From Desulfosoma sp. (GTDB lineage: Bacteria; Desulfobacterota; Syntrophobacteria; Syntrophobacterales; DSM-9756): 64,000 nt of DNA. The position numbers and the translations under genes were made by a program. The stretch lies in assembly GCA_037481835.1 (NCBI GenBank), contig JBBFKW010000010.1, forward strand, positions 64,001 through 128,000. The letters run 5' to 3'. The notes beneath the pieces were generated by a model, which was not told the DNA's origin, searched no databases, and saw only the letters and a list, made by a program, of their open reading frames with translations. Shown here one piece after another: positions 46,376 through 54,074 of the stretch. Numbering within the stretch: position 1 is the first letter of the stretch; each line of letters opens with the position of its first letter.

Positions 46376-46954
46376 ATGGGTGCCACACTGACGGCAGGCG
46401 ATTTGAGAAAAGGCTTGAAATTGGAAATCGACGGGGAACCGTACCTCATCGTGGACTTCGAATTTTCCAAGCCCGGAAAAGGCCAGGCCCTGTATCGGTG
46501 CCGGCTGCGCAACATGATCACCGGAACCCAATTCGACCGCACTTATCGGTCGGGCGATAAATTCCTGGCGGCGGACCTGGACGAGCAGGAAATGGAGTTT
46601 CTCTACAAAGAAGGCAATCGCTACCATTTCATGAACACCTCCACCTACGAACAGGTGGAACTGGCCGAAGAATCCGTCGGGGAGGCCAAAAACTTTCTCA
46701 CCGAAAACCTGCACGTGGACATGCTCTTTTTCAAGGGATCCCCCATCGGCATTTCGCTGCCCAACTTCGTGGAACTCAAGGTGATCAAGTCCGATCCCGG
46801 CGTCAAAGGCGATACGGCTTCCGGAGCCACCAAGCCGGTCACCCTGGAAACGGGCTACGAAATCCAGGTGCCCTTGTTCATCGAAGAAGGCGATGTCCTG
46901 AAGCTGGACACCCGCACGGGGACCTACGTGGAACGGGTGAAGACCTCCGCCTGA
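46376..46954 (+). CDS. efp: Elongation factor P
   Basis: 'KPGKGQA', 'PGVKGDTA', 'ETG..IQVPLFI', 'DTRTGTY'. Confidence 0.97.
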   Translation: MGATLTAGDLRKGLKLEIDGEPYLIVDFEFSKPGKGQALYRCRLRNMITGTQFDRTYRSGDKFLAADLDEQEMEFLYKEGNRYHFMNTSTYEQVELAEESVGEAKNFLTENLHVDMLFFKGSPIGISLPNFVELKVIKSDPGVKGDTASGATKPVTLETGYEIQVPLFIEEGDVLKLDTRTGTYVERVKTSA

Positions 46955-47883
46955 TGAGCCGCCGGGATGTTCTTTCCGCCAAACGCTGGAGACTGGAAAT
47001 GAGAAGCCGCATCCTCCACGGAATGCGGCTTTTCTTCGTGGATCGGGGCTTCATGGAAGTGCAGACCCCCGTGCGCACCCCGGCCCCCGCTCCCGAACGC
47101 CATATCGACGCCGTGCGCTCCGAGGGCTGGTATTTGCAAACCAGCCCGGAGCTTTACATGAAGCGGCTTCTTGCGGCCGGCTACGAGAAGATTTTCCAAA
47201 TCTGCCCCGTCTTCCGGAAGGGGGAACGAGGTCGCCGCCACCATCCCGAATTCACCCTTCTCGAATGGTACCGACTGGGCTCGGACTACGAGGCGCTCAA
47301 GGCGGACTGCCTGGAGCTCTTGCAGGCCGTCTGCGCTCATGTCGGCCGATACCCCCGCTTCCCTTTCGGCCCTCATTGGCTGACTGTGCTCCCGCCGTGG
47401 GAGCATTGGACGGTGAGGGACATCTTCCTGGATCGTGCCGGCTGGGATCCCTTGAAAAATTACGATCCAGATCGATTCACGGAAGATCTCGTGGAAAAAA
47501 TCGAGCCTACCCTGGGCTTTCCCGCTCCGGCCTTTCTTTCCGACTATCCGCCCGAGGAAGCGGCCTTGGCGAAACTCCGCCCCCATCAGGCCGTCAAGGT
47601 CGCCGAACGGTTTGAACTCTACTGGGCGGGCATCGAATTGGCCAACGGCTTTTCCGAATTGACCGACCGGAAGGAACAGGAAGAACGCTTTCGAGAATGC
47701 CTCGCCCGGCGCCAAGAAGAAGGTCGAGACGTCTATCCCTGGCCCCTTCGGTTCTTGGAAAGCCTGGACGATTTGGAATCCGCCGCCGGCATCGCTTTGG
47801 GCGTCGACCGCCTGGTGATGCTCCTAACCGATGCCTCGTCCCTGGACGATGTGACGGCTTTCGAACCCGAGCATGAACCGTAA
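46954..47883 (+). CDS. epmA: EF-P beta-lysylation protein
   Basis: LysRS-like catalytic domain without an anticodon domain: 'LQTSPELYMKRLLA', 'HHPEFTLLEWYR', 'ELANGFSEL', 'GIALGVDRL'. Overlaps the efp stop. Confidence 0.95.
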   Translation: MSRRDVLSAKRWRLEMRSRILHGMRLFFVDRGFMEVQTPVRTPAPAPERHIDAVRSEGWYLQTSPELYMKRLLAAGYEKIFQICPVFRKGERGRRHHPEFTLLEWYRLGSDYEALKADCLELLQAVCAHVGRYPRFPFGPHWLTVLPPWEHWTVRDIFLDRAGWDPLKNYDPDRFTEDLVEKIEPTLGFPAPAFLSDYPPEEAALAKLRPHQAVKVAERFELYWAGIELANGFSELTDRKEQEERFRECLARRQEEGRDVYPWPLRFLESLDDLESAAGIALGVDRLVMLLTDASSLDDVTAFEPEHEP

Positions 47884-47886
47884 GCC

Positions 47887-49101
47887 TCAGGATTCCTTCG
47901 CCCCTTCGCCGTAATAGGCCACAGCCGCAAAAGTCACGAAAGAGCCTTGACGATCCACCACGGCATGGTCGTGATGAAGCACCCGCCCTCGGGCTTTGCC
48001 GCGAAGTACGCGGCTGAGCACGTAAAGCGGGGGCACGCCGCACACTTTGCGGGCGTTGCCGTCTTTGAGGATTTCAGCCATGAACGCGTCCGGGTCCGGG
48101 GCTTCCAGGGCGGCGAGAAGTTTTCGGTCCGCATCCAAATGCTCTTGGACCGTCAGGCGATTGGGCAGAAAATCATCGCCGTATCGAGGGCCGATATGGG
48201 CCAGGTCCACGCTCGCCAAAACCCCCACGGAGGTCCCGGATCGGTCCAAAACTTCCCGAAGCGCATCGCAAAACCCATCGATGGCCGCGTGGTGCGATTG
48301 CCAGTCCTCCACGCCGAACGAGCACAAAACGGGCACAATCCGAGCCGTCGGCTGCACGGACGCAAGAAACACCGCTTGAAACTCTATGGTGTGTTCCCGA
48401 CTGTGCGCATATTCTCCGGCACACACATCCTGAGGCGCCCGCCGGGCGATTTCTTGGGCCATCTGCCGATCGCACGGCACAAGGCCGAGAGGGGTTTCGA
48501 AATCTTTGAAGGTGAGGGCAAAAAAGTTTTCGATGGGTTCGTGGCCCGTTCCCACAATGACCCAGACAGCCGGCGGAACCGTTTCCCGAAGCGCCCTGTA
48601 GGCGCACCCAAAGGTGGCCGCACCCGCCCGAATGTCAATGTGCGGGGCGACCAGGCCCATGAGGGGGCACGATTCTTTTTGGTTTCGGGGCTCGGGGGTG
48701 ATGAGGGCGTCCAAGAATGCACGCAAATCCTCAGGTTTTTCCGGATAACTCTTTCCCGCATGGCGCATCCGCCTCACGGGATCCTCTCGGAACCTTTGGA
48801 CCTCCCGCTGCACATGGTCCGCGTAACGGGCATTGTCGAGAAAGAGATTTTCGTCCAGGACGCGGATCACTTCCTCGATCTGCTCGCTGTAGATGAGGTG
48901 CCCGGTTCGACGCAGGAAAAACGCCTGGATGTCCCGCACGGAATGCCGTCCATCCATGAGCGCCAGGAATGGGGCGAAGTCGGCGTTGAGGATCACATGA
49001 TTCTCGTTGTAACCGAGACGGTCCCTTAACAGGATGTACGGGCGCCCCTCATGGTGGATCGGCACGGCTTCCAAGCCATAACGCAGTTTCGGGTGTTCCA
49101 T
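47887..49101 (-). CDS. AmmeMemoRadiSam system protein B (MEMO1 family) with N-terminal PqqD/winged-helix-like extension
   Basis: 'HAGKSYP', 'VAPHID', 'GTGH', 'EHTIEFQ', 'ASVDLAHIG', 'VCG'; about 100 extra N-terminal residues. Confidence 0.85.
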   Translation of the reverse strand: MEHPKLRYGLEAVPIHHEGRPYILLRDRLGYNENHVILNADFAPFLALMDGRHSVRDIQAFFLRRTGHLIYSEQIEEVIRVLDENLFLDNARYADHVQREVQRFREDPVRRMRHAGKSYPEKPEDLRAFLDALITPEPRNQKESCPLMGLVAPHIDIRAGAATFGCAYRALRETVPPAVWVIVGTGHEPIENFFALTFKDFETPLGLVPCDRQMAQEIARRAPQDVCAGEYAHSREHTIEFQAVFLASVQPTARIVPVLCSFGVEDWQSHHAAIDGFCDALREVLDRSGTSVGVLASVDLAHIGPRYGDDFLPNRLTVQEHLDADRKLLAALEAPDPDAFMAEILKDGNARKVCGVPPLYVLSRVLRGKARGRVLHHDHAVVDRQGSFVTFAAVAYYGEGAKES

Positions 49102-49203
49102 CGACTCTGCCTCGACGTTGACGGTCCCATGCAAATGTGATACGTGACAACGTCCATAGCTCCCGGATCGAAACATCTCTCGCGCTCGAAGGACAAAGCC
49201 TCC

Positions 49204-50904
49204 ATGCGGCACGCACCGAAGACATGCACCGCCTTATTTTTCCTTCTGTTCATGAGTTCCTGCAGCACCCTGGGTTTACGGACCGGCCCTTCGGCCCCCG
49301 GACCGGAACTGCCCAAGTCTCAAGCGTACGCCGCTTACCTGTTAGCCCAATACTACCTTCGGGTCAACGAGCCGGAAGAGGCTATCAAAGCCTATCGAAA
49401 GGCTTTGGAAATCGACCCCGAAGATCCCACCATCCTCACGGACCTCGCCGTCCTGTACGTGCGTCAGGGCAATGTGCAGGAAGCACTTAATCTTGCTGAA
49501 AAGGCCGCTGAAGTCGACCCCAAATGCGAAAACGCCTTCCTGCTCCTGGGGAGGCTCTACGCCGGCACCGGCAACAATGCCAAGGCCATCAAAGCCTACC
49601 AGTCGGTCATCTCCATCAACCCGTCCAACCACGATGCCTATCTTTTGCTGGGAACCCTGTACGCGCAGGAAAACCGATTCCGCGAAGCCCTGGAGGCCCT
49701 GGAACATCTCAAAGCCCTCTTGCCCGACAACCCCCTGGCCTCCTATTACAAGGCCCGCATCTTTCTCGACATGAAATTCTACGAGCAAGCGGAAGCAGCC
49801 TACCAGGAAGTGCTGCAAATCAACCCGTTTTTCGATAGGGCCATGTTGGATCTGGCCTATATCTATGAAGTCACCGAGCGGTTTTCGGAAGCGGAAGCCA
49901 CCTATCTTCGGCTGCTGGAAATCAACCCTGGCCATGTCCAGGCGCGAAACCGGCTGAGCAACCTCTACATCCGCCAAAAGCTCTACGATAAGGCCTTGGA
50001 GCACCTGCGCATCCTATCCCAACAGGATGCCGAAGACCTGGAAGCGCGCCTCAAGATCGGCATCATCCACCTCCAACAGCGCAAGTACCAGGAAGCCATC
50101 TCCGATTTTCAGGCCCTGTTGAAGGATCGGCCGCAATACGACCAAGCTCTCTATTATCTGGCCACGTCTTACGAAGAAAAGGGCGAGCGCTCCGATCTGG
50201 AACAGGCCGTCGTCAACCTGCGGCTCATTCCCGAAAGCAGCCCCTTGTGGGATCCGGCCCAAATGCGCCTCGGTGTTCTCTTTTCCAAGCTGAATGACCA
50301 CAAGTCCGGGATTCAGTGTTTGGAAAAGGCCATCGCCCTGAAACCGAAGGTCATCGATTTCTACCTCTACCTGGCGTTTCTCTATGAAGAAGTCAAAGAC
50401 TTCGCCAAAGCTCTGGAGACCTTGAACGCCGGCATGGCCGTTGGCGGCGAAACGGTGACGTTGCTTTTCCGCAAGGGCATCGTGCTCGACCGCATGGATC
50501 GCAAGGAAGAAGCCCTGGAGGTCATGAAAAAGATCCTCACACTGGAAAAAGACCATGCGGGGGCTCTCAACTACGTGGGCTACACCTATGCGGACAAGGG
50601 AATCCATCTGGACGAAGCCAAGGAACTCATCGAGCGCGCTCTGCAGAAAGAGCCCGAAGACGGCTACATCATGGACAGCCTGGCGTGGGTTTACTACCGA
50701 CAGGGCAATTACATCAAGGCGTTGGAAGTGATGCGCAAGGCCCTGGAAATCGTGCCCGACGATCCCGTCATTTTGGAACACTACGGCGATATCCTGCAGG
50801 CTTTGGGCCGCTTGGAAGAAGCTCGCAAAGCCTACGAAAAGGCCCTGGAAAAGGGGCATGAAAAGCCCGATACAATCCAGGAAAAGATCCAGCGGGTGCG
50901 ATGA
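49204..50904 (+). CDS. TPR-repeat lipoprotein
   Basis: Lipobox 'MSSC'; many TPR units; 'LNYVGYTYAD', 'MDSLAWVYY'. Confidence 0.88.
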   Translation: MRHAPKTCTALFFLLFMSSCSTLGLRTGPSAPGPELPKSQAYAAYLLAQYYLRVNEPEEAIKAYRKALEIDPEDPTILTDLAVLYVRQGNVQEALNLAEKAAEVDPKCENAFLLLGRLYAGTGNNAKAIKAYQSVISINPSNHDAYLLLGTLYAQENRFREALEALEHLKALLPDNPLASYYKARIFLDMKFYEQAEAAYQEVLQINPFFDRAMLDLAYIYEVTERFSEAEATYLRLLEINPGHVQARNRLSNLYIRQKLYDKALEHLRILSQQDAEDLEARLKIGIIHLQQRKYQEAISDFQALLKDRPQYDQALYYLATSYEEKGERSDLEQAVVNLRLIPESSPLWDPAQMRLGVLFSKLNDHKSGIQCLEKAIALKPKVIDFYLYLAFLYEEVKDFAKALETLNAGMAVGGETVTLLFRKGIVLDRMDRKEEALEVMKKILTLEKDHAGALNYVGYTYADKGIHLDEAKELIERALQKEPEDGYIMDSLAWVYYRQGNYIKALEVMRKALEIVPDDPVILEHYGDILQALGRLEEARKAYEKALEKGHEKPDTIQEKIQRVR

Positions 50905-51704
50905 AACGCCTCGCCCGAATCCTGTCCTGTGCGCTCCTGTGCACGGCGCCCTTTATCCTGTCCTCGTGCGTCCCGGCTCGGGCCCCGATGCCCGGACGGG
51001 AGGGCGTGGCCGCGGCCTGGGACTCCCAGCGGTGGAGCCGCAGCCTCCTTGGCCGCTTCGACCGGTGGCAACGATTCCAAGCCGTCTATCAAGCCAAATG
51101 GACGGATTCCATGGAACGGGTCTGGCGTGCCAAAGCCCTCGTCACCGCCCATTTGCCCGACAAGATGCGCATCGAGATCCTAAACTCCTGGGGACAGATC
51201 CAAGGGCTTTTCGTCCTCAGAGAACCGTCGGCCTCTCTGTGGCTCGTCGGGGAAAAGAGCCTGTATCGATCGCGGCGCAGCGCCGCCCTCTTGGAAAAAC
51301 TCGTGGGCATCGAATTGCCGGGCACGGAATTGGCCCCCATTCTCGTGGGCTTACCCCCCAAGGAGATCCTTGACGGAGCCCCGGCGCGTCGGCTTCGAGA
51401 CGGCACGGTCGTCTTCGGTGAGGCGAACCTCCGGGAGGGCTTTTCGCGCCGGTATGGTCTTTGTCCCGATATGGAGCGCATCTGCAGCATGGAATTCGAC
51501 CTTGCGGGAGCGCCTCTTTCCATTCTCTTGCAATACGACACGCAGGGGGAGATTCGAGAAGTCCCGTCCTCGGTCACCTTCCGAAGCGAGGCGGGTACCG
51601 TGGAACTCACCCGCACCCTCGTGACGCGTCCTGCCAACATCGCTTCGGAAACCTTCGATCCTCCTCCCCTCGGCGACACCGTCCGAATCGTGGAAATCCC
51701 CTGA
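50901..51704 (+). CDS. Lipoprotein, LolB/LolA-like fold (putative)
   Basis: Lipobox 'LSSC'; 'PDKMRIEILNSWG'; ATGA-coupled to the TPR gene, as in TPR-lolB pairs. Confidence 0.6.
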   Translation: MKRLARILSCALLCTAPFILSSCVPARAPMPGREGVAAAWDSQRWSRSLLGRFDRWQRFQAVYQAKWTDSMERVWRAKALVTAHLPDKMRIEILNSWGQIQGLFVLREPSASLWLVGEKSLYRSRRSAALLEKLVGIELPGTELAPILVGLPPKEILDGAPARRLRDGTVVFGEANLREGFSRRYGLCPDMERICSMEFDLAGAPLSILLQYDTQGEIREVPSSVTFRSEAGTVELTRTLVTRPANIASETFDPPPLGDTVRIVEIP

Positions 51705-51728
51705 CCTCACGCGGCAGGAGGAGCCTCC

Positions 51729-52229
51729 ATGGAGCCTCAGGCACGGTTTTTTGTTGATCGCATGCTCGGAAAGGTGGCAAAATGGTTACGAATCCTCGGC
51801 TACGATGCGCGCTACGGATCCATCGAAACCGCCTCTCAGATCGAGACGCTGCATCGCGAGGGGATCGTCGTGGTGACCGGGAACACGCGATGGCGTCATC
51901 TCCCGGGCGTTTTTTTCTGTGAGCCCTTGCGCGTGGAAGAACAGTGTCGAAAGCTGGCACAAGCCGGCCTCATTCGCCGTGAAGAGGTCAGGCTTTTCAG
52001 CCGATGCCTTCGGTGCAATCGGCTCCTGGAAGAAGCCCCCAAGGAGGAGGTCGGCGGCGTCGTTCCGGACTACGTCTACGCCACGGCCCCGTCGTTTTGC
52101 CGCTGCCCTTCGTGCGGCCGCGCGTATTGGCCGGGATCTCATTGGGACAGAATGACGGAACGCTTTCGACGGATCACAGGCTGGAGTCTTGAGGACTTGA
52201 GCGAAAGGAGGACGGAATGGGCGGAGTGA
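51729..52229 (+). CDS. Mut7-C RNase domain protein
   Basis: 'FFVDRMLGKVAKWLRILGYD', 'RCLRCN', 'CPSCGRAYWPGSH'. Confidence 0.9.
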   Translation: MEPQARFFVDRMLGKVAKWLRILGYDARYGSIETASQIETLHREGIVVVTGNTRWRHLPGVFFCEPLRVEEQCRKLAQAGLIRREEVRLFSRCLRCNRLLEEAPKEEVGGVVPDYVYATAPSFCRCPSCGRAYWPGSHWDRMTERFRRITGWSLEDLSERRTEWAE

Positions 52230-52618
52230 TCAACAACGTGATCGCCATGCTGACGAAGATGGGCTACTGGGCTCTGGAATATGCGACGATCGTCTACCAC
52301 TGGAAAATGAAAGTTTTCAGGACCCAAATGAAACGCCTTGCGGTAAGCAGGACACAGAAAAACCTGGCCAAAGCCTACAGCGGCCTCGGCGCCGTGGTCT
52401 ACGGCATGCTGAAAGAGGGCCAGGAGTCCCTCAAAGACGACCCCGCGGTCATGACCCAGATGCGCAACGTGGACGAAGCGGAAGCCAAGGTGAAGAGGAT
52501 CGACGAAGAGATCCAGGAAATCTGCGACGCCTACGAAGCGAAGAAAAGAGCCGTTCGAGAAACCTACGCGGCCAAAAGAAGCGCCGTGGGGGGACGGTCG
52601 GAAACGGAGGAGGCGTAG
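52217..52618 (+). CDS. Hypothetical coiled-coil protein
   Basis: Strong AGGAGG RBS; operonic position; charged helical C-terminus. Confidence 0.7.
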   Translation: MGGVINNVIAMLTKMGYWALEYATIVYHWKMKVFRTQMKRLAVSRTQKNLAKAYSGLGAVVYGMLKEGQESLKDDPAVMTQMRNVDEAEAKVKRIDEEIQEICDAYEAKKRAVRETYAAKRSAVGGRSETEEA

Positions 52619-52697
52619 GTTCGTTTGAAACCGTGTGCCGGAGGGGGCTTGGGCCAGGGCCGAGGGGTCCCGCCGAGACGGGGGAAGGATGTTGGGT

Positions 52698-52725
52698 GTT
52701 GGGGTTCGCTGCGCTCACCCCAACC
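52698..52725 (-). repeat. Single copy of the main REP (GTAG foot lost)
   Basis: GTTGGGGTTCGCTGCGCTCACCCCAACC between convergent genes. Confidence 0.8.
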
Positions 52726-52815
52726 ACCGGGTTTGTTCAAGGATGGGGGCCGGTGCTTTAAAAGAGCCGCGACACGGCGCCTCACAACGCCCCAGGGAAA
52801 TCCTTCCTTCGCTTT

Positions 52816-53316
52816 TCACGTGCCGCAATCCGCCGGGTCGCCTTGGATCTTGGCCAAAGCGTGGGGAAGGGCTGGAAGGATCGCCTCCAGGTTTTCAAGA
52901 CATCCCTTGAGGCTTCCGGGAAGATTGACGATGAGGCTGTCGCCTCGGATGCCGGCCACGGCCCGGGAAAGCATGGCATGGGGGGTCTTCCTGAGGCTTT
53001 CCAACCGCATGGCTTCAGCCATCCCCGGAATGAGTCGGTCACACACCGCAACGGTCGCCTCGGGCGTCACATCCCTTGGGGAAACACCCGTCCCGCCAGT
53101 GGTCACCACGAGAGCCGCGCCGTGCTTTTCCACCGCTTCCAGAAGGGCCTCTTGAATCGCCGATTTTTCATCCGGCACGACCGTGCGCCACACCCCCGTG
53201 AAGCCTTCGGCATGGAGCCTTTCCCAGAGTTGGGCTCCGGAGACATCCTCCCGTTCCCCTCGACTCCCCTTGTCGCTCACCGTAACGACAGCCACTGTCT
53301 TGCGACACCGCTCCAC
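52816..53316 (-). CDS. mog: Molybdopterin adenylyltransferase (MogA/MoaB family)
   Basis: 'VTVSDKG', 'VPDE', 'TTGGTG..PRDVTPEAT', 'LSRAVAG', 'NLPGS'. GTG start with GAGGAGG. Confidence 0.92.
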   Translation of the reverse strand: MERCRKTVAVVTVSDKGSRGEREDVSGAQLWERLHAEGFTGVWRTVVPDEKSAIQEALLEAVEKHGAALVVTTGGTGVSPRDVTPEATVAVCDRLIPGMAEAMRLESLRKTPHAMLSRAVAGIRGDSLIVNLPGSLKGCLENLEAILPALPHALAKIQGDPADCGT

Positions 53317-53336
53317 GGAAAACACCTCCTCGGCCT

Positions 53337-53795
53337 TCACCGCGGGCCGCGCTCCAATTGCCTGCGCGCCGCCTGAACGATAACGCTGGAAACCGATTTG
53401 CTCTTGGCGAGAATTTTCAAATCCTGGGGGTTCAACGTGGCAACCAATTTCAAGGCGATCCCCACGGGGGTTTTGGGGTTTTTCACCAAGGCCAAGCGGA
53501 CGGGATAGAGTTTGAACCATTCCCGGTTATCGGCGATTTTCCGAAGGGCCTCATCGCTGATGTTTCGGGAATTGGCGAACCCCGCCACTTCCGAGGAAGT
53601 GAGCTTGGGATTTTCCAAAACGGCAAGCTGGACGACCCGGTTGGGATCTTGCATGAGAAGCGTGCGGGCTTCCTGGCCGCCCGTCTGCGCCAGCTTGACG
53701 CGCTCGGGAACGGTCATCTTCTGGATTTTCACCGCCAGAGGAAGACGATCGACCTCGTCCTTCGGCGGCCTGTCTTTTTCCTGATCTTCCGTCAC
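53337..53795 (-). CDS. Conserved helical-repeat hypothetical protein
   Basis: 'VKLA..G..EAR..L..DPNR.V..AVLENPK', 'LALVKNPKTP'. GTG start is inferred. Confidence 0.75.
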   Translation of the reverse strand: MTEDQEKDRPPKDEVDRLPLAVKIQKMTVPERVKLAQTGGQEARTLLMQDPNRVVQLAVLENPKLTSSEVAGFANSRNISDEALRKIADNREWFKLYPVRLALVKNPKTPVGIALKLVATLNPQDLKILAKSKSVSSVIVQAARRQLERGPR

Positions 53796-54074
53796 CGATC
53801 TCCCCTCGGCCGAATCCCCAAAAAAAAGACTTTTCCCAAAACGCGGCGGATCTGATCCGTTTCTCATATATCCCGGCGATGCGGCTCATGAAAAGGAAAC
53901 TGCGGCAGGGAACGGCAAGAGGGCCGAATCCCTAAAGAAAGAGTTCGGCCCGCACGACGAGCGGGGCCCGAACCCGAAAGAGCACGTCCGTCCCGAAACG
54001 TTTCGGCGGGCACCCGTCCCCTTGGGTCGTGGGAACGGGAGCCCGCCGCACGGAGGAGCCGAAAAGGCTTAGGC

